The notes under the pieces are model-generated. The model saw nothing but the letters and a program-made list of their open reading frames with translations, was not told where the DNA came from and ran no database searches. This document shows, piece by piece, positions 27,801 to 42,924 of a DNA stretch of 64,000 bases. The DNA is from Octopus vulgaris (lineage: Eukaryota). Location of the stretch: positions 43,090,001-43,154,000 of the forward strand of contig OX597814.1 of NCBI GenBank assembly GCA_951406725.2, written 5' to 3'. The stretch's first letter is position 1. Each line of letters opens with the position of its first letter. Position numbers and translations under genes: made by a program.

Positions 27801-30129
27801 ATGAAATGGTGTACATAATAAGAGTAACAATTTCCCGATATCTCACTTTTTTTATTTCGTTTCTAAATACGAAATTACATTTCACTCATTAAAATTTGTT
27901 ACCTCTTTCTTCTTTCTCCCGCCACTGTCTGGCTTACACTCACTAACTGATAACATATAATTTCTTCAGCACTATTCGCTTTATTTCATCTTCTCTGACT
28001 ATTTCTGACCAAATATTTAGTAACGCACACTAGTTTATACATATTTCTTGTTCTTTAACCTGGTATTTTACCGTTTACCTCAGATGAGATAAAAACGCTG
28101 GAAATTTAGTATCCTTTATTTGAATGCTAAAATCCTCAAATATCATTTTCCTCATATCTATCAGCTGCACATACACGACGAAAAGTTTAGCAGTCGGTGT
28201 AGAGAAAATAATAATCATTTCTTTAAAAGTCATTGATATTTCGCATTTTATTTATATATTTATAGTTCAACAAATATTCTAACATCACTACTAAGCTTTA
28301 CTTTCCATAATGTTATTATATTTTCCGAAAATATATCATTAGTGTTTATTTCACGGAAATACTGCAAGATAGCAAAATAATACAAGCACATTCATTGCAA
28401 CAACAATATATATACAGATGCATATTCTGAAAGATATGTATCTTTGTATTCGATATCATATACACATGCACACACATACACGCATACAAGCTCACACAAA
28501 CCCACATTCAGCTATATACACTGGCTTTTGTTACATAGTGTTAACAAAAGCAGCTACTTCACTGCTTAATTATGTTAAATTGGTAATAACCCCCACATTC
28601 GCACCTTACCAACCTTCAACGCGAACACAGTGCACTTGTGTAAATTGGGTTATATGTCTCTCTTCCATTTCGATCTTATAAGTCCAATTAACCTGAAAAC
28701 AATGGCTTACAAATCAAGGAGGTACTTGTTCCATTCTAAAACCTTGAGGTCATACTTACGAATAACTTTATGTCTCTTCGGTAGCGTTTCCGGAACTAAT
28801 TTTAAGGATGTATTTCTGAGATATTTGAATATGTTTAACTAATCGCTTTGTTGATTCCCGTGTGATAATTATATATGTGCGTGTATCTCTGTGAATATTG
28901 GTGGTGAGAAAAAAGACATATATAACAACTATTTGTCGACTCACTTGTGTACCAGAATAGCTTCTCAAGAAATTATGGTTGATTCAGAATGAAAGTACAT
29001 AGAGACGACATATAACTAGCTTCATTTCAATTAATCTACATACAGTCATTTTCCCGTGAGATCTAATCCTCTAGCACCAGACTGTGTGTGTGAATGGATA
29101 TGAATTATTAATCGGAGAGTGCCATGAAAAATATGCATTCAGCCTCTCTAAGAATTTAAGCTCAATGTTGTCCACAAACACATATATTATTAAGTTTGAT
29201 TGTTCTGGTCGGTCAGAGAGTGGCCATTGCTTTCGCACCTATAAAGCGCTAAGCTCTGTAACTGACTTTTCAGACTCAAATGACCAATGGCACACAACGT
29301 CTAAATTCAATGGATATAGAGAACATCACGGTTACTTAGTAAACAAAAAAATATACTCATACAAAATTTTCGTGTTTGGTTACTATAGGCAGTATTGGGT
29401 TATATCGCCTATATTACCTTCGCCGTGGTATTCTATAAGATTCTCAGATTGTTTTATTTTTTTTTAACACAACATTTCGGGTCAGGGTGGTGTCCTAAGA
29501 TGCTGTTGGTTTAGCTGCTTTATTCGATATTTGGTGATTCGAAGATTGCAGGTACGGTTCCAGCTGTGATGGTGTTCTAATATGCTGCTAATCTTGATTT
29601 ATCCAACATTTCGGCTCCGTCTGTGGTTTTGTTCTAAGAGGGTGATGTAGATGTTTTATCAACCATCTGGTGGGTGAGAGGGGAGATTCAAGTTTGTAAG
29701 AGTGCACGTTCAAGATAACGGCACTGAAAATTCTTCGAGTTTATACAAATACTTGGGTCAAGCGAGTTATTTAGGATTCTTGTCCTCTCTGCTAAACAAA
29801 GCTTACAAAATATACTCCCGATTACATAAGGACCTGGTTGCGCAAGGATCTTTCATTTCATTATGTTTGGGGCTATTTCCAAACAATATATACATATATG
29901 TGTGTGTGTGCGCGCGTATGTGCGTGCATGTGTGCGTGTTTCCGTGGTGGGTGGGGCATCATTTCCCAATAACACTGCTTCAGCTTTTGGAATGTCATCC
30001 TCACTATATGTGACCGAGAATTATCCTGATGGAAGAAGGCCTTTCGTTTTGGAACAAAAGATAGCCGTTTTTCTTCTAACGCTGATTTAACTTGTTCAAG
30101 CTGTTCGTAGTAGATTTACTTTGTTATTG

Positions 30130-30902
30130 TTTGGTATGGGTTTAAACGTTCATACTGAACTAAACCATTCAATCCCACCAGACAAATAACAACAATCTAC
30201 GTGGATGAAGACCTTCTTTAGCCTGGGGAGGTGACGTTTATCCTATCCTTACCCACTATTTTGACGCTTGACATATTTATCACCAGTCACTATTCGGCCC
30301 AAAACAGGTTCATTCGTGAGGCATAAGAAGAAAACCCATTCACTCTCTGCGTGCGATTAGATTCAGGAAGTTTGTGAGGAACCCATTGACCCAATTTGCT
30401 GATTTTACAATGGCAGGCAGGTGTCGATGAATGGTTGAATGTCCAAATCCAGGCTCCTCAGCTAGTACTTTATGACAGTTACAATGATTTTTACAGAGTT
30501 TTTATGACGTACTCATCGAGCTGTACAGATCTTCCAGGACGAGGCTCGTCTTCTAGGCTGTAGTTTCCGGCACATAATTTCTAGAACCATTGTTGACACT
30601 GGCTTACGCTTATTTTCCGATCCCCATATACTGCATTGATATACCACGCACTTTCCGTTGCGTTGTTGCTTTTATTGAACTCATAAAGCAAATATATGCC
30701 GAATATGCACCTTTGTCACTTCCATTATGGCTTGCAAAAATAACTGTTTAAATCGAAATGCACTCTTCAAAACATGCACTAAGAATAAGTACAAGGTAAA
30801 ATTACTACTAGCGTTTATAGCAGGTTAATGCAGGTAGATTATCCTGTCCCCTCCCAACTTTTAGTTCACGCTATTTAAAAATACCTGCATTATTTATAGG
30901 AT

Positions 30903-30908
<6 letters not shown>
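30130..30908 (-). mobile_element. mariner transposon remnant (5' half)
   Basis: Minus-strand QWVPHKL (WVPHEL motif, about 30388-30368) and IVTGD (about 30293-30279); terminal-repeat-like end adjoining (TA)n at 30908. Confidence 0.75.
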
Positions 30909-30998
<90 letters not shown>

Positions 30999-32205
30999 CT
31001 TTGCGTGTGTGTGTTTACCCACGTTGCCATGAATGATGCACAAGTCTAACCATCAAAGAACCCCTCAAATTTTAGAGAACTTTTCATTGAAAAAGCTATT
31101 CTGACCTTCCCATTGATTCATTGTATTTGGTTCTTTGCATTCTTTACCTACCACTCCCGGAATACGAACCAAAAATCCTGCCTCATGAATTGATTTGTGA
31201 ACTACTATAAACGCATGCATCATACCAACACCATGCTGCACATAGCGTAAGGAAGTGTACATATTTTAACATTGTAACTGATTATGTAACTTGATGAGGT
31301 TTCTTCTGCCTAGTGAGATGCATTCGATTCCATTACATCGTTCCCCACACTCTAGGGAGCAGTGCAGATGCAAACCGAAATGATTGTCGTGCAAAATAAA
31401 GCTTCCAACACATTGTGTCTTCTCCATCAATTATTTAAGATATCTATATGTGTATACATACAAAGGAATACGCACGCACGCACATACACACACAAACACA
31501 CATACGCACGGCGCACAAACACACACACACACACACCCGTGCACACATACACGTATATAAAATCAGCAGAATAGGCTTCTCGATATCATAGCATCATATA
31601 AGGTCGGGAAATCTGAAGATAAATCCAAGTTACCACAATGTGAATATTGCTATTTTGGGGTTTCCATTTTCAGTTTTAAATGTTATTAGATGTGACTTTA
31701 CGAATTAAGCCGTGCAAACCATCTATTGAAAGTGACGGTCACACTCATGCATATGTAATTCTGTATACAGCCATCTTTGAATCACAATACAGAAAAAAAC
31801 ATATCATTAAGTCCAGATTCTGATATAAGTATTGTAGCTAAGCATGTGTGAAGTAAAGTACAAGATTAAATACTGAAAACATTGACATTACTATATGTGG
31901 ATGGGAATTGTTTATTACTTATAAGCAGATATTATGCAGCTGGGAGTAATACAACGGAACATAACTTAAAAGCAATATCTAAGTGCTCGTTAAGACGAAT
32001 AATAGAATATATCGACTGAATGGAAACCAGACAGTCAGCATTAATTACAGAGAACTGTACATATTTAAGAAACTTGTCTGGAAGGACAACGCTAACTAGA
32101 TGTATAGAAAGGATGTTTGAATACCAAAATATCTATAATACTGTCAAACTGTTTCTTATATATTATACGGTAATATATACATACATACACGCCAATATAT
32201 CTTAA

Positions 32206-32367
<162 letters not shown>

Positions 32368-32699
32368 TTCAGATCATCCCATATGTTCTGACCGAATTTT
32401 GAATAAAGAAAACAAGTGATCAAATGTTATATTTAATTGAAAGTTAATCATCAATGTACTTTCCCTGATTACCTATGACTTCCTTCCATCTATTTAGCTT
32501 TTTAATCCCATCAATGTAAAACTCTTTTCCTTTCAAAGTGAAGAACTCTAAATTGTCGCTTTCGACCTCCTCCTGGCTTGCGAAAGTTATGTCCTCCAAA
32601 TGATTCTCTAATCTACGAAACAGATGTTAGTCTGAAGGAGCAATGTCGGGAGAATAAGGTGGATGAGGAATTGTTTTCCAACCAAGCTCTTCGACCTTC

Positions 32700-33600
32700 T
32701 CTGATGTGATCTTTGTAGTGTAGGGGCGTGTATTGTCCTGATGAAACATCACTCCTCGATTCACTAAAGCGGGTCTTATTTTCTTCAAAGCTTGATTCAA
32801 ACATTGGCTTTAGTTGTCATCAAGCGTCCTTGTCAGTGCAGATGTCAGGCTTCAAGACTCTGATTCATAAAGAAAGATTGATTTTACTGTAGCTGTGAAA
32901 ACCCTGATTTTGGTGGACCTCTTGTTTGGTGCTGTTCGGATTTTACGATGAGAGTCGAAATCCCACCCACCCGCTGATTGACCGATTCGGGTAGTAACAT
33001 CAAATGAAGTGTTGTTGTAGCCATCAAACAAAGTGCTTTAAGTCGTCACCATTTTCAAATTTTGTATCAAGCAGGTGAACACAATGTTGGAGTGATGGAA
33101 ACGTTTACTTGTTTCATTCGATGCGTTTAAAAGAAATAAAAACACAACTTTCTGGTTTGCTCTTTCAGCACGGTGGAGTAAATCCTGCGACAACGCAAGA
33201 AAGCAGATGTAATTTTCAAAATGAAGTTCTGCAACCAATTCTGCTGGGCATCGTGATTTCCGACGTTTCTTGATCATAAGTCTATCTGACAATGTGATGG
33301 TAATTCGCAGTAAATAATCGACAGTTGCGATGAAGAGAAAGGGAGCCAAAAGATCAACTTGTAAAATTCCAGTGTTCACCTCGCTGTAAAAACTGTTTCG
33401 AGATACATGTGTTTGGTGGCTTCAAGGATGAAATCCGGAACATCATAAACCCTTAAGATTCTGATCATGATATAATTGTCGATGGAATTACATGCCCCGT
33501 GAAATGCCCCTTCGATGCGATTTCGAATCTTGACAATCACGTTTCGTAGGGTTGATATTAGCGAAGAGGTTGATCTGACCTGCCTGAAGCCATTTGCATC
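32700..33600 (-). mobile_element. RTE-like LINE reverse transcriptase remnant
   Basis: ORF 33038-33379 NTGILQVDLLAPFLFIATVDYLLR matches the non-LTR RT GVLQGD.LAPFLF motif; degraded. Confidence 0.7.
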
Positions 33601-33610
33601 TCTTTAAAAC

Positions 33611-33682
<72 letters not shown>

Positions 33683-33964
33683 TGTATATATACACCATGG
33701 ATCATGGTGAATACATACACGTATGTATGTCTATCAACGCATATATGTATATATATACATATATATATACATATATATATATGCATATAATTTAGAGACA
33801 AACCACTATTTAGTTATTCCATCAATAGTGAAAAGATATATATTATCTATAATAACCACATAGAAGTTAATTAAACATCTTATAATTATTATTCTAAAAT
33901 TCTCATAGCAAATCAAACATTAAATTGTCTACGCGCGTTAACTATTAATAATATTAATATTAAT

Positions 33965-34056
<92 letters not shown>

Positions 34057-34060
34057 GCAT

Positions 34061-34217
34061 AGATAAGGAAATAATTTTATTCTCAAACGCATGATAATGC
34101 TAATAATATAGCATGAACAGGATAAACTATTAATTCCTTGCAGAAAATCCTGGCGGCAGCCAGCCGTAAGACTCGAAATCACATCTCGCATTTGAGAATA
34201 AAATTATTTCCTTATCT
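34061..34217. repeat. 27-bp perfect inverted repeat with 103-bp spacer
   Basis: agataaggaaataattttattctcaaa (34061-34087) / tttgagaataaaattatttccttatct (34191-34217). Confidence 0.9.
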
Positions 34218-35149
34218 CTATCTTTCAGTACTTCTCAGCGCTTCTATGGCAAACTTTCTCTGTTGACTTTCAACGTAAGTTGATTTTAATATATATATGC
34301 GTACAAACAATATACATTATAACAATAAGCTTGTAGTCATAATAATATATTGAGCAGGTGTTACATATTTGTATTTGCAATATAATATTTAACATGAAGT
34401 AGATCAAAACTAAGACATTATCAAACTTACTACCAATTTGATGTCTGCATTCAAATTGGTATTTCTAATTTTCATATGTGAAAACAAAAGTGGAATTCTA
34501 GCGAGATTCTTGCATCTGTAGTCGCAAAGACTGCCGATGCAACATTTAGATATACATTTTATATTGCAATGAAACGTATAGTGTTAAGACACAATTTGAC
34601 TAGCAACAAATAGACAGTATGGTCACATTATTTCGTTGAAAATAAGACTGTTAATGCCATGCTATGTGTAGAAAAACGGTTGCTAGGAATGCATTGGATA
34701 TACAAACTATGGCATTAATTTCAGTTATAAGTATACTAATAGTGTATTTATGTATACTATTTAATGTCAACATTACAATAGTATACTTTCACGTTGAGGA
34801 AAATAGAGTGATATAAAATGTGCTGATCAGTGATAGAAAAAGTTACTCCATCTGGTGAGAGAGAAATAATATTTATTTAAAGGTCACATTACATTTATTA
34901 GTGCGCTACTAATAATTTCATATGTTGAGAAAAATTAATATATTCTCCAGGCGCAAACTACATATCATAACGAACTAAAGATATTGAATATCAGACGGAA
35001 CACAAAAAAGATTCAGAAGGCAATAAAGGACGGAAAACGCTTGTCAAATACGTCGTCACTATGCGATATTTTTACCCATGCTAATCCTTTACTGCATGCC
35101 TGTTAGAATCTAGGTCTATAGTTTTTTCCTCACTTGTCTGATAAAATCA

Positions 35150-35720
35150 AGATTAATAGGGTCACTATCAACATATGATTTAGGTAATTCAATGGCTTTA
35201 TCAAGCAGCGGCTTAGATATAGAGGGATGAAAGTCTATAATATTAAACTGGGGTTATATGATGTTGCTTACCTCTGTGTTCTTGTGGGTCTATTTATATT
35301 AAACTCATTAAAATATAGATACCCATCTCCTGACGTTGGCTTATACCGTGACGACGATTTGAGCATTTCCCATTGGTGTGATGGTCACACCCTTTAAATA
35401 ATTAGAAAGCCACTAATTTCTACCTTTAATCAATTACAAATCAGAAATACAGTAGCTACTAATCTCTGTATAGTTGATTATTAAGATATTTCCTTATAGT
35501 TAAACTCTTCCTCGTAAAAACCTGTCCTCCTCGTAAAAACCTAATTGCTAGTATTAGTAACAAAGTGTCTAACCTTCTTCCAAACAAATTTTCGAGAGAG
35601 CTGCCCCCTATCATAACAAGGTCTCAGCCAATATTGACTTCAAAGATAAATTAATAAATAATCCCTTCAATAATAATCAAAATATTAATAATAGACCTCG
35701 TAGGAAGAAAGATAAAGTTA
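35150..35720 (+). mobile_element. PLE reverse transcriptase remnant
   Basis: LGLYDVAYLCVLVGLFILNSL..DVGLYRDDDLSI (catalytic YRDD at about 35343), NLCIVDY*DISL, ISNKVSNL..IFERAAPYHN; related to the 5325-7212 type. Confidence 0.75.
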
Positions 35721-35729
35721 TACGTGGCC

Positions 35730-36193
35730 ACTTTAATGCTGGTGCAGGGAGCGGGCCCTAGCAAGTGCTGTGTGGATAGTGGTGAGGGGATATTCATGAA
35801 GGATGAAGTGGAGAGATCTGAGTTGAGACTGAGTATCAAATAATAGCTGTCACTGCAGAACCTTCGTAGACGGAGGATTCGGGAGTAGGGTATAGAGAGC
35901 TTGGCGTGGGTAGGGTGGGAGCTGGAGAATTTAAGGTAGGAGTGTGACTTGGTGTGTTTGTAGTGGATGGAGGTAGTGAGAGCGGAATGGTGTATTTTGA
36001 CAGAAATGTCGAGAAAGGCGGTGGGAGTGTTGGGAATAGTGTAGGAAAATTCGAGGTCGAGGATGGAAGGATTGGACAAATGAGGAGTGAATTTGTTCGG
36101 GAGAGACTGGGGTAGCTCTGATACATTCATCCATATAACGACCGTATTTTCCAGGAGTGGGACAAGTGAATCATGAGAATATTTGGGCTTCAA
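35730..36193 (-). pseudogene. PLE RT thumb fragment (different PLE family)
   Basis: FLDISVKI..LTTSIHYKHTKSHSYLKFSSSHPTHAKLSIPYSRILRLRRFCSD is the Penelope RT C-terminal signature. Confidence 0.85.
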
Positions 36194-36244
36194 ACTAGCC
36201 GACGAAATGCACTAATACATTGATATCCTTGTAACTAATTTCCT

Positions 36245-36399
<155 letters not shown>

Positions 36400-36400
36400 C

Positions 36401-36712
36401 ACGTGGAGGCGCAATGGCCTGGTGGTTAGGGAAGCGGACTCGCGGTCTTGTGAACGCGGTTTCGATTCCCATACCGGGCGTTGTGAGTATTTATTGAGCG
36501 AAAACACCTAAAGCTCCACGAGGCTCCGGCAGGGGGGGGGGCGATCCCTGCTGTACTCTTTCGCCACAACTTTCTCTCACTCCTTCTTCTGTTGGCCTGC
36601 TCGCTTAGCCAGCGGGGTAGCGTCATTTGAAGGCTAAAACAATGCGAAGCACATTGTTACCAGCGATGTATAACAACATCTGATGGCCTGGTCGGTTACG
36701 GTGATCACAGTG
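36401..36712 (+). mobile_element. tRNA-derived SINE (family C head)
   Basis: TGGCCTGGTGG A box and GTTTCGATTCC B box; similar to 19973 in the 5' two-thirds with a different tail. Confidence 0.85.
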
Positions 36713-36839
36713 ATATATATATATGTATTATGTATGTTTACATACACACATTCGTACACACAAACATATATATATACTCCTTCGAAGCCCCCAAATGAAA
36801 GATCTCTATACATTTTCTTAATATGATACTTCCTGCACA

Positions 36840-38150
36840 CGCACCCGTTTCTCCTCAGTTACCACCCCCACCCTGTCAATCCAACGTATCTTTCTCCAGC
36901 ATTCCGGCCACTCCAGTCCGACCCCTCCATCTAGCACATCATCCCCAACCTTCCCCTTCCTTTCTTCAACCGAGCCCACAAACGACATGACCTGGTTCAC
37001 AGTTTCTATCCTAACCCCACCTCCCAGCCTGGTTCGGTCTCCTGCTTCTGCATACGCTGCATCACTTGTCCCTACCTCTCTAACACAACCATCTTCACAG
37101 ATACCCATCATCATATCTATCATCACCGACTCCTTTAACTGCACTTCTAGCAACGTCATTTACTAGATCTCCTGCTCTTTCCGTCTTTCTCTTTATATCG
37201 GACAAACAGGACGTCGCTTGACTGACAGGTTAACGGAGCAGCTCCTACATATCACACTCGGCTATTACACCCCGGTCTCGCTCCATTTCCGCTCTACTGG
37301 TCATTCACTACAACAACTGTCCGTGTTTGGATTGTCTTTGCACAGGGCCATCCGGACTCATGCCTTCACCGTGAACAGTATTTAAAAATCTCTCTTCGCT
37401 GCTTTGCATCATAGGGGCTCAAATTCCCTCCTCTCTTTATCTGACTCCCCTCCTATCCTCTCTTCATCTAATATCTACTTCCCTCTTGACTCCTACCTAC
37501 CTTTTTTCTTCAATGATACCACCCTCACTACACTCCTACACACGCTACTTACCCTTATCCCACTCCTTCACTCCCACTTTCATCCCACAATCACATCCCT
37601 TACACCCACACGGCAACCTATCCACATCCAACACACATTCATCCCCCACACCAAACTACACCCCATGCCACCACACACCACCCCCACACCACAACCCATC
37701 ATCTGCATACCCACACACCATCATGTACCACACCCACATGTTACAGACTCTTAGACTTACATCTCCACGCACGTCGAAGACACTATCACCTATTCACACA
37801 GACATCTACACACATCATAGTCATTATTTCCTATCCACACACACACACACACACACATTCTCACATACATCCCCTAACGTGCACGTTCATCTTTTGGACC
37901 ACCTATACTTCATTATCACCCCTTCTTTCAACCTCTCCTATCAGCACTTTTTTACTTAACCAGTCACCACCCTCGACCGCTAAAGTTTATTTTAAAAAAA
38001 TGTTTCTCTCTATTTATTCTCTTATTCCTTTCTGTTGAAAAGCCTAACCTCTAAACGTAAAAGACATTTTCACTTTCCCGAGCGTCAAACTAATATTCAT
38101 TCTTGTTGTTCATTCACCTGTCTTCGTCTTTTACTTTTCTGTAAATTTCA
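36840..38150 (+). mobile_element. PLE 3' part (linker, GIY-YIG, C-rich 3' region)
   Basis: FNCTSSNVIY*ISCS..SLYIGQTGRRLTDRLTEQL at 37134-37245 is a clear GIY-YIG; ends at (TA)n 38152. Confidence 0.85.
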
Positions 38151-39713
38151 AATATATATATATATATATGCGTGTCAGTTGACAAACGAAAGAAGGGCAT
38201 TCGACAAGTGGAGTTGCATGTATGGATCAAAACATTTTGAAACTGTTTTGATCCATCATCCATATGTGTGTGTATGTGTGTGTGTGTGTGTGTATCTGTC
38301 TGTCTGTGTGCATTCATGAATGTTGTCTGTGGGTGCGCGCACGTGTGTGTACAAATATATATCGTGTAGTACTGTTCTCAGTTTAGAAACTATAAGCAGT
38401 CTAGGGAAAAGCAATTCTTTTTCCATTATAGTGCGTCATTTGCTGTGCACCCACATTTCGACTACAGTTTTTGTGGATCTAATAATGAGATATTATGTTC
38501 CTTGAGTATGACGTTTCCTGGAAACTTCACTATAGCGTTTAGATAATCATGCCTTGAACAAACGATAATGCTCTTAATTTGTCTCATTATGCATCGTATT
38601 CATATGAATTATTTGTGTTGTAAAATCTGACAGCGTTTGCATTTCATCACACTTACTAGTTGCTGACTGTTGAAATAAACATAATAATATAATGCTGTGA
38701 TGTTATTAGTTAGCTGGCCTCAGGCGAAAGGAAAATGTGCATGCTCTTCACTACGGTTTGACTTTTTACAGCTGTATAGCTAATAGAGCAACGCAATTGT
38801 GTAACGATGGAGATGAAAGTTTTCAATGAAATTAATTACAGTGATTGCAGTGCTATTAAAAATCTCTATCACTGTTGATGAATTAAAATCTCAAAATTGA
38901 AGAAATGATTTAAAAAATAAGTTCTGTTCTGGTGAAATTTATTTACAAAACCAAGATATTTTTTATCAATAATTTTGAAGCTATATGTTTTAACGTCTGT
39001 ATAGTGAAGTTTTATATTTTTAGAAACTACTCATTGCTTTACATGATACAATCGTAACCAATGTTACTATAACTAAAAGAGGAGGAAAAATAATAAAATG
39101 AAACAGTAACAGGAGAGGCTAAATATAAATAAAAAAAAGAGTAAAGTAAAAAGAGGAAAGAAAAATTAAAATAATATGCCCTATATAAAATGAAATTAGT
39201 AATGAAGTTTAAGAAAGAACTAAGGTTAAACAGTGTAGTGCATGTCTAGAGGAGTCTGTTTCCCGACAATTGTATTGCCAGGGATAAAGGGAAACAGTTA
39301 CAGACATAGAGAGCGTTACGTATACTTCCACATAGACAAATGTTGATTTGCACAAATACACACGCGGTCGCGCACAGGGAGACATACATACACACACTTA
39401 TTCACACACACACACGCACGCACACACTAACACACACATATGTTTTCGTTAGAGTAATAAATCATGTCAATAAATAATGCAAAATAGCATATAAATCAGA
39501 AATACAACAAAGTAGGTTCAAACAATAAAAATTAAATGTAGTAAATATATATCTGTCTACGCGAGTGCATGCGTATGTATTGTGATAAATCTGTCCAGAT
39601 TATTAAGAGAGGTCAATACACGTATATGCACCATACGTGTGTGTGTGCTTACACACATACACACATATTCACACACACACGCACAGACAGACACACATAT
39701 TAGCACATATATA

Positions 39714-39783
<70 letters not shown>

Positions 39784-40129
39784 TGTGTGTGTATAATCGG
39801 TCAGTTGTTCATAAGTCGGAACAAGAAGATTAGTAAAATCTTTAGAGCAGTAATATTTAATGTAGTCATGTAGTCATGGACGGTAAGAAAGTATTATTGG
39901 TGTCGCTCTTATACACTTTACAATATAGGCGACTATTAGGAAGCACACAACTTCTCCACTACCGCAGGTACGAATACAGTCTTGGGTAGTCAATTCTATG
40001 AAAAAATCTACGAAACCGAGTGACATTCATTCAGGGCGAGATGGCAATATCAGTCTGTGACCGGCTCCAGCTACATCCGAAAACGGTTTGTATATACACG
40101 ATTTACGTGCCCTACTCAGTAAGCGAGAA

Positions 40130-40500
40130 ATTCTATTTCTCCAAGAATTTTCTTTGATGAGGGCGCGGAATAAATATCTCACTTTTGGACATTATGTTGG
40201 TCCACGTCTCAAGCAAATTCATTAGTATCTTTTCCCTGCCGTCCAAGCAAAGTTTACATCATCCGCTCCCATTCAGGTGTAATCCAGGTTGTTGCAGTAG
40301 CTTCCAGTTAATCTCGTATGGCGCACCATCTTCTTTTAAATGCCGGCAGAAAGTGTCTGTAGGAGGCTTGCGAAACTGTACTTCAATAAAGAGATTTTCA
40401 ATAATACAACCACCTATTACAACGAGGGCTTGGGATTCAGCGAGTTTAACGGTCGCTTCTGCTTTATGCCGAGCCCCAGCAATCTCAAAAGAAAGTGGCA
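40130..40500 (-). mobile_element. PLE GIY-YIG C-terminal remnant
   Basis: HLKEDGAPYEINWKLL..NGSG*CKLCLDGREKILMN..KSEIF..PHQRKFL matches the end of ORF 5325-5615. Confidence 0.65.
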
Positions 40501-42840
40501 CCATAGGATGTTTTGGTGAGCTCCACCATTCTCATTCTAGGTCAAGACTTGCGTCGGAAGTATCTTTCTAATCTTACTGGCCAAGCATTTCACACAATCC
40601 CGTAGGTACGGACAATTATTTAAAAGACACAACTTAAGGTTCTCATTGACCTGTGTCCCCTCACCCAATGTTTAAATGATCTTAATGAACACAACTAAAA
40701 TCTGCACAGAAGCAGAATGCTCATGCAAGGCTAGCAGTGAGTACCCAGTGAGTGGGAGATTAATGCTAATCTGAGGCCGTGGTCTACGAGTCTGAGATGG
40801 TGACCGGAGTTGACGGAAGCAATGACAACAATAGCAACAGTGGCAAGAATGGCAGAAGCACCAACAGAGTGCCCGGTGGTAACAGCAACAATGACAGAAG
40901 TGTCTGTGACAGCGACACCAACGCAAGCAGCAGGTCTGTAAGAAACGGTAGTAACTGTAGTGATAGCAGTAGCAACAACACCAACAATACAACAACAAGA
41001 ACGGCAATAACGACAGAAGCAAAAATAACAGTAGCAACATCTGCAGCACCAGCTAAGCGTCCGAAAGTAGTCAGCGGTAATCTTAGTGATAGCAGTGAAC
41101 AACAACAGCAGCACCAACAGCGCGTCCGGAAATAGCAGCAGCAACGGAAGCGAAAGTAGCAAGAACACTATCAATTGTAGCATCAACAACGCACTAAGAA
41201 ATTGCAACAGCACCGATAGCAGCAGCTACAAAAACAACGACAGCAGTATTCCTATTTCAAAAAGTAGGTCTGGCGAAACGCCTTTCTCGGTAGGAGAATA
41301 ATAGGTGTCGAAGACAATGGTAACTCCCTGCATAGTATTAACCAACAACTGCATCAAATAAATGTGCGCATGTGTATATATATATATATATATATACATA
41401 GATAGATAGCTATGTAGATATATACATATATATATATTTCCATATGTATATATATATATATGTATATGTTTATATGAATATATATATATATATACATATA
41501 TGTATGTAGCATACATGCGCTCTTGTGGTTGTATGTATTTACGTATGTATGTATATATATGTGTGTGTGTGTAGAAAGAGAGAGAGAGCAGGGCGTGACA
41601 ATTCCATTAGTGTCGTGCATCTCTGTTTCCTTATTTTTCGGAGACATTCACATTATGCCTCAAATAGCCATTTGTTGAGATTCTCTTAAATTGGTGCAGT
41701 ATGAGGTGATATCTGCCAAAGGATTCGCTTAGGTCAATGTGATTCCTGTGCAATAGTACGAAGTGACCATTTGAACGACGTTTGCTTCCAAATTTGAAGG
41801 TGCGATAGTCTACACAATGGCGATATGTGCAAATATCATGCATTATTTCTGTGATGTTAATCTAGCTAATGTACCTTGCTATATTTCAACAACGGATTGT
41901 CAGAATAGCTAAATTTAGAAACATAGCTTGCTGCCTTGTCTACAACGGAGTGTAGGACATTTATCTCTATGTAGGTGTGAATATTGTTGTCTGTGTGTTT
42001 GTTTAAATATATGCGAACAACAATGCTGTAATTTCTTGATGATATATTTGTCTGTGAAATTATCTCTTCAGTTGAGATTTGCATTATTAATAAATTTTTT
42101 CTTACGTCCGCGTTTGAATTTGTTTTGTTATAGCAATAATAAATTCGAAAATTCCTCTTACAAAACAATAAGAGAAACCTGGAACAAACATTTTTATTAC
42201 AATATACAAACCACGAAAAATATTTAATCACATACCTATTAGATACATTCATTTACAATTAAATCACCCTCGCACACAAACATACGGATAAACACATATG
42301 TACTCTCAATAGATTGGAAGCAGACAATCTCTTACAATATTTTAGCTATTCTGGTAACATCCTGTTCAAATTGGAACAGTTACTATACTGACATAGGGAG
42401 TGCATTGCCGTGAAAAACGTCCAAACGGTCACATGACACAAATGCAGGGACACCCTACAAAATAAACTAACAGTTTTAATAGACCTTCGTACATTCGTCT
42501 ACCAGTCAGAATACATTTCCACATTTTGAGTCGGAAAACATAAAGAACTGGCGAGAGAATTTCTTCATTCACAGTAACAACGTCTCAAGATACACATACT
42601 TACATATTATATATCTCTGCACCCATAAACACATTTTTTCAGATCTGCTATTACGTACTTTTCGAACCTTCACAAAAGAAGAGAGACAGAGAGAAAAAAA
42701 GTGTTCTACCTATTTGAAGATGATGGAAATATTTACAAAACATTTCATTAACATTTATATTAAATTTAATTCTTTTTCTTCTTAAATAATACCCACCTTT
42801 GCTTTATTCTTAGATGGAAAAGTGGAAAAGGGAGAAACCG

Positions 42841-42924
<84 letters not shown>

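Noticed and set aside
28075-28115. CAGATGAG..GGAAA hammerhead-like motif downstream of the putative ancient PLE
   Set aside because: The core is mutated and the stems cannot be formed
40075-40128. Minus-strand CUGAGUA..GCACG/CGUGU hairpin downstream of the GIY-YIG remnant
   Set aside because: It lacks a GAAA box and an NUH with a pairing stem I; position is suggestive only
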